From assembly GCA_016195325.1 (NCBI GenBank), contig JACPZX010000016.1, forward strand, positions 8,703-72,702: a stretch of 64,000 nt of DNA, in the 5' to 3' direction. This DNA comes from Acidobacteriota bacterium. GTDB taxonomy: Bacteria; Acidobacteriota; Polarisedimenticolia; JACPZX01. Position numbers and translations under genes: made by a program. Below, piece after piece: positions 1-9,897 of this stretch; position 1 is the stretch's first letter; each line of letters starts with the position of its first letter. The notes under the pieces are model-generated. The model saw only the letters and a list, made by a program, of their open reading frames with translations. It had not been told where the DNA came from and made no database searches.

Positions 1-105
1 CTGCTTGCGGAGCATGGCGATCACGGCGTCCTTGTTGTCGGCGACGAGCACGCCCTCCTGGGCGGCTCCCGCTCGACTCTTCCCCTTCCATGCGTAGCTC
101 GGCAT
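1..105 (-). CDS. pilC: Type IV pilus platform protein PilC, N-terminal fragment running off the left edge of the window
   Basis: The minus-strand ATG is the reverse complement of 103-105. It translates as MPSYAWKGKSRAGAAQEGVLVADNKDAVIAMLRKQ, matching the conserved PilC/GspF N-terminus (M-x-F/Y-x-Y/W-K-x-x-D-x-G...EG-x-L-x-A). It sits 30 nt downstream of the pilT stop, in the canonical pilB-pilT-pilC order. Confidence 0.75.
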   Translation of the reverse strand, partial: MPSYAWKGKSRAGAAQEGVLVADNKDAVIAMLRKQ

Positions 106-134
106 CGATTCCTCCCGTCGGCGACGCTAGCTCG

Positions 135-1259
135 TCACGCCTTGCGTCCCGCGGCCGGCCCGCCGCCCGCCGAGGGCTGGTAGATCAGGCCGGCGCCCCT
201 GTTGATCATGTCCTGAAGCTCCTCGGGATTCGAGGAGGTCGTCAGGGCGGTCTGAAGGGAAATCTGCTTCTTGAAGTAGGACGAGGCGAGGGCCTGGTTG
301 AACGTCTGCATCCCGTGCTTGGACTGGCCCGCCTGCATCATCGCGTACACCTGGTGGATCTTGTCCTCGCGGATGAGGTTCCTCACCGCCGCGTTCGGGA
401 CGAGGATCTCCATCACGAGCGCGCGGCCCTGGTTGTTGGCCCTGGGGAGCAGCGACTGGCAGAGGATCCCCTCGAGCACGAACGACAGCTGCGCGCGCAC
501 CTGCGACTGCTGGTGCGCCGGAAAGACGTCGATGATGCGGTTGATCGTCTGCGTCGCGGAGTTGGTGTGGAGCGTGGCGAAGGTGAGGTGACCCGTCTCG
601 GCGATGCGCAGCGCCGACTCGACGGTCTCGAGGTCGCGCATCTCGCCGATGAGCACGACGTCGGGATCCTGTCTGAGCGCCGAGCGGAGCGCGTTCGCGA
701 ACGTGTGCGTGTCGGCGTGCAGCTCGCGCTGGTTGACGATGCACTTCTTGTGGGAGTGCAGGTACTCGACGGGGTCCTCGATCGTGACGATGTGCTCGTG
801 CCGCTCGGCGTTGACCTTGTCGAGCATGGCCGCGAGCGTCGTCGACTTGCCGGAGCCCGTCGGCCCGGTGACCAGCACGAGGCCGCGCGGCTTGTCGCAG
901 AGGGTCGCCACGACCTCGGGGAGGCCGAGATCCTTGAACCCCTTGATCTCCCACGGGATCAGGCGGAAGGCCGCGGCGACGGCGCCGCGCTGCGAGAAGA
1001 CGTTCGCGCGGAACCTCGCGAGCCCCTTGATGCCGAAGGAGAAGTCGAGCTCCAGCGTCTCCTCGAACCGGTGCTTCTGGTTGTCGGTCAGCACCGAGTA
1101 GCAGAGCTGCTTGGTCTCGGGAGCGTTGAGGGGGGGGAGCTGGAGCGGAATGAGCTTGCCGTCGATGCGGATCTGAGGCGGCGAGTTGGTCGTCACATGG
1201 AGGTCGGTCCCCCCCTGCTCGACGAGGGTCTTGAGCAACTGGTGAAGCGTGATGTTCAT
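135..1259 (-). CDS. pilT: Twitching-motility retraction ATPase PilT
   Basis: 374-aa ORF with a Walker A motif (GPTGSGKSTT), Asp/His boxes and the overall PilT/PilU signature (…LVLVTGPTGSGKSTTLAAMLD…IVTIEDPVEY…IGEMRD…). Confidence 0.92.
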   Translation of the reverse strand: MNITLHQLLKTLVEQGGTDLHVTTNSPPQIRIDGKLIPLQLPPLNAPETKQLCYSVLTDNQKHRFEETLELDFSFGIKGLARFRANVFSQRGAVAAAFRLIPWEIKGFKDLGLPEVVATLCDKPRGLVLVTGPTGSGKSTTLAAMLDKVNAERHEHIVTIEDPVEYLHSHKKCIVNQRELHADTHTFANALRSALRQDPDVVLIGEMRDLETVESALRIAETGHLTFATLHTNSATQTINRIIDVFPAHQQSQVRAQLSFVLEGILCQSLLPRANNQGRALVMEILVPNAAVRNLIREDKIHQVYAMMQAGQSKHGMQTFNQALASSYFKKQISLQTALTTSSNPEELQDMINRGAGLIYQPSAGGGPAAGRKA

Positions 1260-1299
1260 GACTTCCCCCCGGGCGTCCAGGCCCCGCGGCGCGGCTCGA

Positions 1300-3015
1300 T
1301 TAGAGTACCGTCTCCCTGAGCACTTCCTCCACCGTCGTCAGCGAGTCCTTGATCTTGCGGAGGCCGCTGCCCCGGAGGGTAATCATGCCATCCTCCACCG
1401 CCTTCCGCCTCAGCTCGATGGCGGAGGCGCCGGTCAGGATCATCTCGCGGATCCCCTCGGTGATCTCGAGGACCTCGTAGAGCCCGACGCGCCCCTTGTA
1501 GCCGGTGTTGTTGCAGATCGTGCACCCCTTCCCCTTGAACAGCTTGATCTTGGCCGCGTCCTCCGCGGCGAACCCGATCTCGACCAGGGCGCTCGGGGGC
1601 ATGTGGATCTCTTCCTTGCAGCCCGCGCACAGCCGCCTCACGAGGCGCTGGGCGCAGATGAGGTTGACGGAGGTCGAGACGAGGAACGGCTCGATCCCCA
1701 TGTTCATGAGCCGGTTGATGGTCGAGGGGGCGTCGTTGGTGTGCAGCGTCGAGAGGACGAGGTGGCCGGTGAGGGCGGCCTTGACCGCGATCTCCGCCGT
1801 CTCGAAGTCGCGGATCTCTCCGACGAGGATGATGTTGGGATCCTGGCGGAGGAACGAGCGCAGCGCGGCGGCGAAGTTGAGCCCGATCTGCTCCTTCACC
1901 TGCACCTGGTTGATGCCGTGCAGGTTGAACTCGACCGGGTCCTCGGCCGTCATGATGTTCGTCTCGGGAGTGTTCACGCGGCTTATCGAGGAGTAGAGAG
2001 TGTTCGTCTTCCCGGACCCGGTCGGCCCCGTGACCAGCACCATGCCGTACGGCCTGAAGATCGCCTTCTCGAACCTCGCCAGCGACTCGATCTCGAACCC
2101 GAGCCGCGTCATGTCGAGCATGAGGTTGTCCTTGTCGAGGAGACGCAGGACGATCTTCTCTCCGAAGAGGCACGGCAGGACCGAGACGCGGTAGTCCATC
2201 TCCTTGGTCTTGTTCTGGAGCTTCATCTTGATCTTGATGCGGCCGTCCTGCGGAAGCCGCTTCTCCGCGATGTCGAGCTTCGCCATGATCTTCAGGCGCG
2301 ACGTGATCGCGTCCTTCAGCTTCAGGGGCGGGTTCATGATCTCGTAGAGCACGCCGTCGATCCTGAACCGCACGCGGAAGTCCTTCTCGTACGGCTCGAT
2401 GTGGATGTCCGACGCCCCGCGCTTGATGGAATCCGAGAGGATGAGGTTGACCAGCTTCACGACCGGAGCTTCCTCGGTCGCCGCCTCGAGGCGCTGGAGG
2501 TCGAGCTCCTCTTCCTCTTCGAGGAGCTCGAGGCTGTCCGTGTCGGACTCGTTCATCTGGTCCATGACTTTCTTGAGCTCGAGCTGGTGGGACGAGCCGT
2601 AGTACTTGTCGATGGCGTCCTTGATCGCGATCTCGCTGGCGACCACGGGCTCGACGTTGTAGCCGGTCATGAACTTGATGTCGTCCATCGCGAAGACGTT
2701 CGTCGGATCGACCATCGAGATCGTCAGCGTCGCCCCCGTGCGCTGCACGGGCATGATCAGGTACTTCTGCGCGACCTCGGAGGGGATGAGCTTGACGACG
2801 GTTTCCTCGATCTGGATTTCGCGGAGGTTGATCGCCGGAACGCCGTACTGCTGCGAGAGGAGCTGGGTGATGTCGTCTTCCTTGACGAACCCCATCTTGA
2901 CGAGGTTATATCCGAGCTTGCCCCCGTTGACTTTCTGCGCTTCGAGGGACTTGTTCAGTTGCTCCTGGGTGATCAGGCGAGCCTTCAGGAGCATTTCACC
3001 GATCTTGATGGCCAT
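1300..3015 (-). CDS. pilB: Type IV pilus assembly ATPase PilB (GspE family)
   Basis: 571 aa with an N-terminal GSPII domain, Walker A (VTGPTGSGKT), the tetracysteine motif CAGCK…CTICNNTGYKGR and a C-terminal signature shared with GspE/PilB. Confidence 0.93.
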   Translation of the reverse strand: MAIKIGEMLLKARLITQEQLNKSLEAQKVNGGKLGYNLVKMGFVKEDDITQLLSQQYGVPAINLREIQIEETVVKLIPSEVAQKYLIMPVQRTGATLTISMVDPTNVFAMDDIKFMTGYNVEPVVASEIAIKDAIDKYYGSSHQLELKKVMDQMNESDTDSLELLEEEEELDLQRLEAATEEAPVVKLVNLILSDSIKRGASDIHIEPYEKDFRVRFRIDGVLYEIMNPPLKLKDAITSRLKIMAKLDIAEKRLPQDGRIKIKMKLQNKTKEMDYRVSVLPCLFGEKIVLRLLDKDNLMLDMTRLGFEIESLARFEKAIFRPYGMVLVTGPTGSGKTNTLYSSISRVNTPETNIMTAEDPVEFNLHGINQVQVKEQIGLNFAAALRSFLRQDPNIILVGEIRDFETAEIAVKAALTGHLVLSTLHTNDAPSTINRLMNMGIEPFLVSTSVNLICAQRLVRRLCAGCKEEIHMPPSALVEIGFAAEDAAKIKLFKGKGCTICNNTGYKGRVGLYEVLEITEGIREMILTGASAIELRRKAVEDGMITLRGSGLRKIKDSLTTVEEVLRETVL

Positions 3016-3225
3016 CAGCGCAAAGCCCCAAGGTGTCGTCCGACCTGGATCGAGGAGCGCCGGCTGGGTTGGACCGGCGAAGATAACTGTTTACGGTTTA
3101 ATGATTTACGATGAGGATTCGCCGTCGGCACGGGGCAAATACTATGTAGGAGTGACACTTTTGTCAAGGCGTGACGGGGCTTCTCACGTATTCGGGGCGC
3201 GGCCCACCTCAGAGGCGTCGGCCCC

Positions 3226-4515
3226 TTGACGGGACGCGGTGAATACAAGGGCGTCGCCGCCCTCATCCTTATATATGTCGCCTCCCGCGTTCTCCTCGTC
3301 GCCGCGGGGATGTCGGGATTCGTGCTGCTCCCCTCCGGACGCGAGTTCTCCGCCGGCAATGTGCAGCGTCCGTGGGCCGGGCCGCGCCCGCTCGAGATGT
3401 GGGCCCGATGGGACTCCGAGTGGTACCTCCTGATCGCCGAGCGCGGATACCACCTCGAGGACCGGATGTCGGGCCGTCGGGTGGCGTACGAGCCGGCCGA
3501 CGCGACCGGGTTCTTCCCCCTCTACCCGATCCTGACGCGCGAAGTGGCTCGTGGGCTCGAGTGGATTCCGGCCGTGCGCGCGATCGCCACGACCCCCTTC
3601 TCGCCCCGCGATCCGACGGACACGACGCCGCGCGGAGCGTCGCTCCTCCTCGCGGGGATTCTCGTCTCGAACGCCGCGCTGCTCGGCTCGCTCCTCGTCC
3701 TGCTCCATCGGGCCCGTGGCGCCGGCTCCTCGGGCTCGCGCCGGGGCGCGGAGCCATCGGGGGCCGGGGGCCCCGACCGCGCGGCGATGTTCGCGTGCGT
3801 CGCGCTGCTCTTCTTCCCCCCGTCGCTCTTCCTCTCCGCCGTCTACGCGGAGTCGCTGCTGCTCTTCCTGACGATTCTCTGCTTCCGCCTTCTGAGCGAC
3901 AGGCGGTGGCTCGCCGCCGCGGTGGCTGGCGCCCTCGCCTCCGCCACCAAGCCGACGGGGCTGCTGCTGATCGTCCCCGCCGTCCTGACGATGGCGCGCG
4001 CCCGCGTGGATCACCCTCAGGGGTCGCGCGAATCGTGGCTCGCGCCCTGGGTCACGCTTCCGCTCTACGGCGCCGGCGCGGCCGGCTTCTCCCTCTACTG
4101 CGGCACGGCTTTTGGCGATCCCCTCTCGTGGCTCAACAGGCAGGACCGCTGGCGCGGCCCCCTCTCCGGGCCCTGGCGCGCCTTCACGCGATGGGCGGAG
4201 TCCCCGCGCCTCCACGGCTCCCACGGCTCCACCGTCGAGCTGGTGTTCGCGATCTTCGTCCTGACGCTCCTCCTGATCTCGCTCTGGCGCCGGCCCGCGG
4301 CCGAAGGGATTCTCGCCGCGCTGGTCGCGGTGCCGCCGCTCTGCGCGACGCTCTGGTCCTACGGCCGGCTCTCGCTCCAGGCGTTCCCGATCTTCATCAC
4401 GCTCGGGGAGGCGCTCGCGCGACGGCCGAAGCTGGCGGCCGCGTACGTGGCGATCGGAGGGGCCGGATCGGCCGTGCTGATGGCCTACTTCGCGGCCGGG
4501 TACTGGGCGGGTTGA
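3226..4515 (+). CDS. Polytopic membrane glycosyltransferase, PIG-V / GPI-mannosyltransferase-2-like (GT-C fold)
   Basis: Contains the PIG-V family hallmark rWDsEWYllIAErGY…FFPLYP, with about ten predicted TM helices. The start is uncertain: the frame opens with TTG at 3226, and an internal ATG at ~3308 is an alternative. Divergently transcribed from pilB. Confidence 0.6.
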   Translation: MTGRGEYKGVAALILIYVASRVLLVAAGMSGFVLLPSGREFSAGNVQRPWAGPRPLEMWARWDSEWYLLIAERGYHLEDRMSGRRVAYEPADATGFFPLYPILTREVARGLEWIPAVRAIATTPFSPRDPTDTTPRGASLLLAGILVSNAALLGSLLVLLHRARGAGSSGSRRGAEPSGAGGPDRAAMFACVALLFFPPSLFLSAVYAESLLLFLTILCFRLLSDRRWLAAAVAGALASATKPTGLLLIVPAVLTMARARVDHPQGSRESWLAPWVTLPLYGAGAAGFSLYCGTAFGDPLSWLNRQDRWRGPLSGPWRAFTRWAESPRLHGSHGSTVELVFAIFVLTLLLISLWRRPAAEGILAALVAVPPLCATLWSYGRLSLQAFPIFITLGEALARRPKLAAAYVAIGGAGSAVLMAYFAAGYWAG

Positions 4516-4534
4516 GGCGGCGTCCCGACGGCCG

Positions 4535-5269
4535 CTACACTCCGAACTCGAGGCGGTAGGCGAGGGGGTACGGCAAGCCGGCGTCGGTGATCTTCTTCTG
4601 GGCCATGGCGACGTCGTACCGGACGCGATGCGCGGTCACGAGGCCGAGCTCGCGGTCGTAGATGGCGTAGGCGGCGCGCGGGTTGTGATCGCGGGGCTGC
4701 CCGATCGACCCGGGATTGATCAGGTACCGCCAGTCCGGGTCGAGGCGCAGCTCGTGGTCCTCCCCGAGCATCTCGAGGCGCGACCTCTCTCCCGACGTCG
4801 CGAAGCAGCAGGCGAAGTGCGTGTGCCCGAAGAACGCGAGGGAGAACGCGACCGACTCGAACGTCATGAGGGCGTCGACCTCGCTCAGGAGATAGCCGTC
4901 CTCGTCCGCCGGATTCCCGTGCGAGATGACGAAGCCTCCGGCGTCGACGGGCCCGCACGGGAGATCCCTGAGGTAGGCGCGGTTCTCCTCCGACAGCGCG
5001 TCGCGCGTCCACACGGCGGCGGCGCGGGCGATGTCGTTGAAGTGCTCACCGTCCTCGATGCCGCAGGCGACCTTGTCGTGGTTCCCCCGGATCACGGCGG
5101 CCGGCTCCTGGGCCCTGAGCAGGTCGATGACCTCGTTGGGATTCCCGCCGTACCCGACGATGTCGCCCAGGCAGAGGACGCGGTCGTACCGGCGCACCGC
5201 GGCATCGGCGAGCACGGCCGTGAAGGCCTCGAGGTTGGCGTGGAGATCGCTCAGGATCAGGTATCGCAT
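4535..5269 (-). CDS. Calcineurin-like metallophosphoesterase
   Basis: Motifs MRYLILSDLHAN, GDIVGYG, GNHD and GHTH. The start is set at the ATG that precedes the MRYLILSD motif (reverse complement of 5267-5269). Confidence 0.8.
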   Translation of the reverse strand: MRYLILSDLHANLEAFTAVLADAAVRRYDRVLCLGDIVGYGGNPNEVIDLLRAQEPAAVIRGNHDKVACGIEDGEHFNDIARAAAVWTRDALSEENRAYLRDLPCGPVDAGGFVISHGNPADEDGYLLSEVDALMTFESVAFSLAFFGHTHFACCFATSGERSRLEMLGEDHELRLDPDWRYLINPGSIGQPRDHNPRAAYAIYDRELGLVTAHRVRYDVAMAQKKITDAGLPYPLAYRLEFGV

Positions 5270-5375
5270 CGGCGGTCGCGGGGCCTCGAAGGGATCGACG
5301 GGGGGCCGGCTCAGGAAACCGCAATCTAGCACCGGCCTCGCGCGCGGCAAAGTGTTCAGCCGTGGCGCCCGTCCT

Positions 5376-5897
5376 TCATCTGAGACCCGCGAGGGTCGAG
5401 ACGATCCGCGCCGCCAGGGCGTCGGGCAGGTCCGCCGAGGCGTCGACCCTCAGGTCCGCGGCCCGGTAGGCGGGAAGCCGATCGGCGAGAAGGGCCTCCA
5501 TGCGCGGGCGGTCCGAGAGGAGCGGCCGGTGCTCGGAGGCGCGGCACCGCTCGAGCATCACGTCGAGCGGCGCGTCCAGCCAGATCGAGATGCCGGTCCG
5601 GTGGATGAAGTCCCGGTTCTCCCAGAGGGTGAGCGTCCCGCCCCCCGTCCCGACGACGACGCCCGGCGCGTCGACGAGGCGCAGCGCCCGCGCCTCGAGG
5701 CGGCGGAAGACCTCCTCGCCGTCGTCCCGAAAGAGCTCGGCGATCGTGCGCCCGGCCTCGCGCTCTATCTCGCGATCGAGATCGACGAACCGGAAGCGGA
5801 GCTCGCGCGCGAGGCACTCGCCGACCGACGTCTTCCCGGCCCCCATGAATCCCACGAGGTAGATCCGCCGGCGCCTGTCGCGATCGATGATGGCCAC
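5376..5897 (-). CDS. aroK: Shikimate kinase
   Basis: 173 aa with the P-loop LVGFMGAGKTSVG and a shikimate-kinase-like core. aroK downstream of a pilMNOPQ region is a conserved arrangement in several proteobacteria. Confidence 0.85.
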   Translation of the reverse strand: MAIIDRDRRRRIYLVGFMGAGKTSVGECLARELRFRFVDLDREIEREAGRTIAELFRDDGEEVFRRLEARALRLVDAPGVVVGTGGGTLTLWENRDFIHRTGISIWLDAPLDVMLERCRASEHRPLLSDRPRMEALLADRLPAYRAADLRVDASADLPDALAARIVSTLAGLR

Positions 5898-5945
5898 GTC
5901 AGTCCCACTCCCGGTGCGGGAGGCCGCTCCCCGGAGGCGAGTATA

Positions 5946-6563
5946 TCAACGAGGTTTCGGGGCGAGCGCGAGGTACGCGCGCGTCCGGGCCGCGATGTCC
6001 TCCGCCCGCATGAGGTCGGAGATGACGGCGACGGACGCGGCTCCCGCCGCGAGGACCCCGGGCGCGTTTCGGAGGGTGATCCCTCCGATGGCGACGAGCG
6101 GAAGGCGCGCCCTCGCGGCCGCCGCGGCGACCGCGGCCAGGCCGAGGGGCGGCCGGCGGACGGAGGCGTTGGGGGTCTCGAAGACGGGCCCGAGGGCCAC
6201 GTAGTCGACCGGGAGATCGCACGCCGCGATCGCGACCTCGACCGAGTGGGTCGAGACGCCGAGGATGGCGGCGGGGCCGAGGAGCTCGCGGGCGGCGCCG
6301 GCCGGAAGATCGTCCTCGCCGAGGTGCGCTCCGGCCGCGCCGGTCACGCTCGCGACGTCGGCCCGATCGTTCACGATGACCGAGAGACCCCGCACGAGAA
6401 GGCACTCCCGGACCGCCTCGGCGAGAAGGCGGTCGGGCATCGATTTCTCCCGCACCTGGACGATCGTCGCGCCGCCGTCCGCGAGACGCCTGGCGATCTC
6501 AGCGTGGGAGAGTCCGCCCGCGAGGGCGCGGTCGGTGATCGGATAGAGCGCGGGAAGCGTCAG
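5946..6563 (-). CDS. thiE: Thiamine-phosphate synthase
   Basis: ThiE-like motifs are present (IVNDR…GVHLG…LGVSTHS…DYVALGPVFET…IGGI). The first in-frame ATG is at 6455, but the conserved N-terminus (…LTLPALYPITDRALAGG…) continues upstream in the same frame with no canonical start before the accC stop. The true start is probably non-ATG and unresolved. Confidence 0.7.
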   Translation of the reverse strand: MTLPALYPITDRALAGGLSHAEIARRLADGGATIVQVREKSMPDRLLAEAVRECLLVRGLSVIVNDRADVASVTGAAGAHLGEDDLPAGAARELLGPAAILGVSTHSVEVAIAACDLPVDYVALGPVFETPNASVRRPPLGLAAVAAAAARARLPLVAIGGITLRNAPGVLAAGAASVAVISDLMRAEDIAARTRAYLALAPKPR

Positions 6564-6582
6564 GGGGATTCGCCCGCGCCGG

Positions 6583-7916
6583 TCACGGCACGTAGCGCTC
6601 GAGGAACTTCGTCGAGACGTTCCCCTTCTGGAAATCCGTGTCGGCGAGGATCTTCTTGTGCAGCGGGATGTTCGTCTTGATCCCCTCGACGACCATGACG
6701 TCGAGAGAGCGCCTCATCCGCGAGATCGCCTCCTCGCGCGTGCTCCCGTGAGTGATCACCTTGGCCACCATCGAGTCGTAGTAAGGCGAGATGCGGCAGT
6801 CGGAGTGCACCGCGGAGTCGACGCGGACGCCGGGGCCTCCCGGCTGGTGGTAGCTCGTGATGAGGCCGGGGCTGGGCATGAACGTGTCGGGGTCCTCGGC
6901 GTTGATCCGGCACTCGATGCTGTGGCCGCGGACGATGATCTCCTCCTGCTTCTTCGACAGCCGGTGGCCCGCGGCGACGAGGATCTGCTCCTTCACGATG
7001 TCGACCCCCGTCACCATCTCGGTCACCGGGTGCTCGACCTGGACTCGGGTGTTCATCTCGATGAAGTAGAACCTGCCGTCCTGGAGGAGAAACTCGATCG
7101 TCCCCGCGTTCTCGTACTTCACGGAGCGCGCCGCCTTGAGCGCGGCCTCCGCCATCCGGCGCCTCAGATCGGCTGTCAGCGCCGTGGATGGGGACTCCTC
7201 GAGCACCTTCTGGTGCCGCCGCTGGATCGAGCACTCGCGCTCGCCGAGATGGATGATGTTCCCCTTCTCGTCGGCCATGATCTGGAACTCGATGTGACGG
7301 GGATTCGGGAGGTACTTCTCGATGTAGACGTCGGGGACCGTGAACGCGGCCCTCGCCTCCTCCCGCGCGACGGGAAAGACGCGGCCGAGCTCCCGGGCGT
7401 CCGTCGCGATGCGCATGCCGCGCCCGCCCCCTCCCGCCGCGGCCTTCACGATGACCGGGTAGCCGATCTCGGAGGCGATGGCGGTGGCGCGCTCGACGTC
7501 CTCGACGACGCCGTCGCTGCCCGGGAGGACCGGGACTCCCGCCTTCCTCACGATCTCCCGCGCCCGCGACTTCTCGCCCATCATCGCGATGACGTTCGGC
7601 CGGGGACCGATGAACTTGATCTTGCAGGCCTTGCACACCTCGGCGAAGGCCGGCGATTCGGCCAGGAACCCGTATCCGGGGTGAATCGCCTCGGCGTCGG
7701 TGATCTCGGCCGCCGCGATGACTCCGCTGATGTTGAGGTAGCTCTCGCTGCTCTTCGCCGGGCCGATGCACACGTCCTCGTCGGCGAACCGGACGTGCAG
7801 CGAGTCCTTGTCGGGCTCCGAGTGCACCGCGACCGTCTTCACGCCGAGCTCCCGGCAGGCGTAGACGATCCGCAGGGCGATCTCGCCGCGGTTCGCGATC
7901 AGAATCTTCTTGAACA

Positions 7917-7917
<1 letters not shown>
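6583..7917 (-). CDS. accC: Acetyl-CoA carboxylase biotin carboxylase subunit
   Basis: 444 aa starting [17 protein letters not shown] with an ATP-grasp domain and a full biotin-carboxylase signature. The rest of the 914-aa track ORF upstream of this Met is readthrough of accB/antisense and was not counted. Confidence 0.95.
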
Positions 7918-8417
<500 letters not shown>

Positions 8418-8450
8418 CTGGTCCCTCGCTTCGGGCCGCCCGCGCCCGGC

Positions 8451-9587
8451 TCAGACGATGAGCATCTCCTTCGGCGTCGTGGTCAGGACGCGGCAACCGT
8501 CCCGCTCCACCACGACGATGTCCTCGATCCGCACGCCGCCCCAGCCTTCGATGTAGATCCCCGGCTCGATCGTCACGACCATGCCGGCGGCGAGGAGAGC
8601 CCCGTCCGCGGCGCGGCCCACGTGGGGTGCTTCGTGGACCTCGATCCCCACCCCGTGTCCCGTCCCGTGGCGGAACGCCGCGTCGGCAAAGCCGGCCTCG
8701 GCCACGGCGTCCCGCGCGGCGCCGTCGACGGCCGCGATGGAAGCGCCGTGCCGCACCAGCCCTTCCGCGCGGCGCACTCCCTCGAGGACGGCCGCGTGGA
8801 CGCGCCGCCCGAGGTCGCCGGGTTCGCCGAGAAAGACCGTCCTCGTCATGTCGCTCGTGTACCCGTCCACCTTCGCGCCGATGTCGACCACCACGGGCTC
8901 TCCCGCGACGAGACGCCGCATCGAGGCGCGCGCGTGCGGCAGCGCTCCGCGCGGACCCGACGCGACGATCGAGTCGAAGGCGGGGGACTCGGCCCCGCGC
9001 TCCCGCATCGTTCCCTCGATCACCGCCGCGACGCGCGCCTCCGTGACGCCGCCGGCGATCTCCGCGACTCCGGCGTCGAATGCCTCCGCGTTCACGCGGA
9101 CCGCGCTCTCGATCCTTCGAATCTCCTCCGGCTCCTTCACCGATCGATGCCCCTCGACCAGCCCCCGGGTCGCGACGAGCCGGGCGCCCGTGGCGGCGGC
9201 CTCGAGGTCCTCCCTCTCCGCGACCGTCACGTGCGCCGCCTCGAACGCGACGCGGACCGCCCCCGCCGCCCGGAGCGCCGCGCGCAGGGGGGCCCCGGTC
9301 ACGGTCTCGACCGTCCCGCCGGTCCACTCCTCGCCGGCCTGAATCGTGTACCGCGAGTCGGTGAAGAGCGTCGCCGCCCCCTTCGTCACGAGGATCGCCC
9401 CCGACGATCCGCTGAATCCCGAGAGGTAACGCACGTTCGCGCGCGATCCGACCAGCAGCGCGACGGCGCCGGCCTCGTCGATCTTCTCACGGATCCGCTC
9501 CAGCCTGGACGGCACTCGGGACGTCTCCGACGCGAAAGGGTTAGCGGAGATCCGACTCCAGGCGAGCGGCGGCTCGGGAAGCCTCAA
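8451..9587 (-). CDS. M24 family Xaa-Pro aminopeptidase / dipeptidase
   Basis: Creatinase N-terminal domain plus an M24 catalytic domain ([13 protein letters not shown]…[11 protein letters not shown]…GGVRIEDIV). An alternative GTG start at 9515 ([14 protein letters not shown]…) fits a typical N-terminus better and would remove the overlap with the roadblock gene. Confidence 0.85.
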   Translation of the reverse strand: MRLPEPPLAWSRISANPFASETSRVPSRLERIREKIDEAGAVALLVGSRANVRYLSGFSGSSGAILVTKGAATLFTDSRYTIQAGEEWTGGTVETVTGAPLRAALRAAGAVRVAFEAAHVTVAEREDLEAAATGARLVATRGLVEGHRSVKEPEEIRRIESAVRVNAEAFDAGVAEIAGGVTEARVAAVIEGTMRERGAESPAFDSIVASGPRGALPHARASMRRLVAGEPVVVDIGAKVDGYTSDMTRTVFLGEPGDLGRRVHAAVLEGVRRAEGLVRHGASIAAVDGAARDAVAEAGFADAAFRHGTGHGVGIEVHEAPHVGRAADGALLAAGMVVTIEPGIYIEGWGGVRIEDIVVVERDGCRVLTTTPKEMLIV

Positions 9588-9897
9588 ACCTCACCCTCCC
9601 CGGCACCGCGTTGCGTCCGGCCACGAGGATGAGAAAGAGATCGGCGCTCACAGGCTGCACGACGCAGGACCACGCCTCCAGCCGGAGAGTCAGATCCCTC
9701 ACGCCGCCGCCCCCGGCGTTGCGCCCGAGGGCCTCCACCGATCGCACCACCGGGGTGAGCTCGGCGGCGATGACCTCCGGCGACGGTCCGCCCGGCGAGG
9801 CCCAGTGCTCGACGACCATGCCGTCGCGCCCGACGAGCGCGGCGGCCTCACACCCCGGCAGACGTCGGGCCGCTTCTTCCAGCGTCGTCCTGAACAT
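9541..9897 (-). CDS. Roadblock/LC7 (MglB-like) domain protein
   Basis: 118 aa with the pattern GCEAAALVGRDGMVVEHW…LTPVVRSVEAL…VRDLTLRLEAWSCVVQPVSADLFLILVAGRNA, typical of the Roadblock/LC7 fold. Sits immediately downstream of the TPR/FimV-C-like gene on the same strand. Confidence 0.6.
   Translation of the reverse strand: MFRTTLEEAARRLPGCEAAALVGRDGMVVEHWASPGGPSPEVIAAELTPVVRSVEALGRNAGGGGVRDLTLRLEAWSCVVQPVSADLFLILVAGRNAVPGRVRFEASRAAARLESDLR

Noticed and set aside
90-3114. Long plus-strand ORFs (90-1319, 409 aa; 1249-3114, 621 aa) overlapping pilT and pilB
   Set aside because: Antisense to strongly conserved PilT and PilB. Their products are Arg/Asp/Leu-rich low-complexity sequence typical of reverse-strand GC-rich DNA, with no domain similarity.
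3184-6680. Overlapping large ORFs (3184-4224 -, 3372-4559 +, 4485-5012 -, 5031-6680 +) with Arg/Pro/Gly-rich products
   Set aside because: Out-of-frame or antisense shadows of the GT-C glycosyltransferase, the phosphoesterase, aroK and thiE. They lack motifs and have poor GC3 periodicity relative to the chosen frames.
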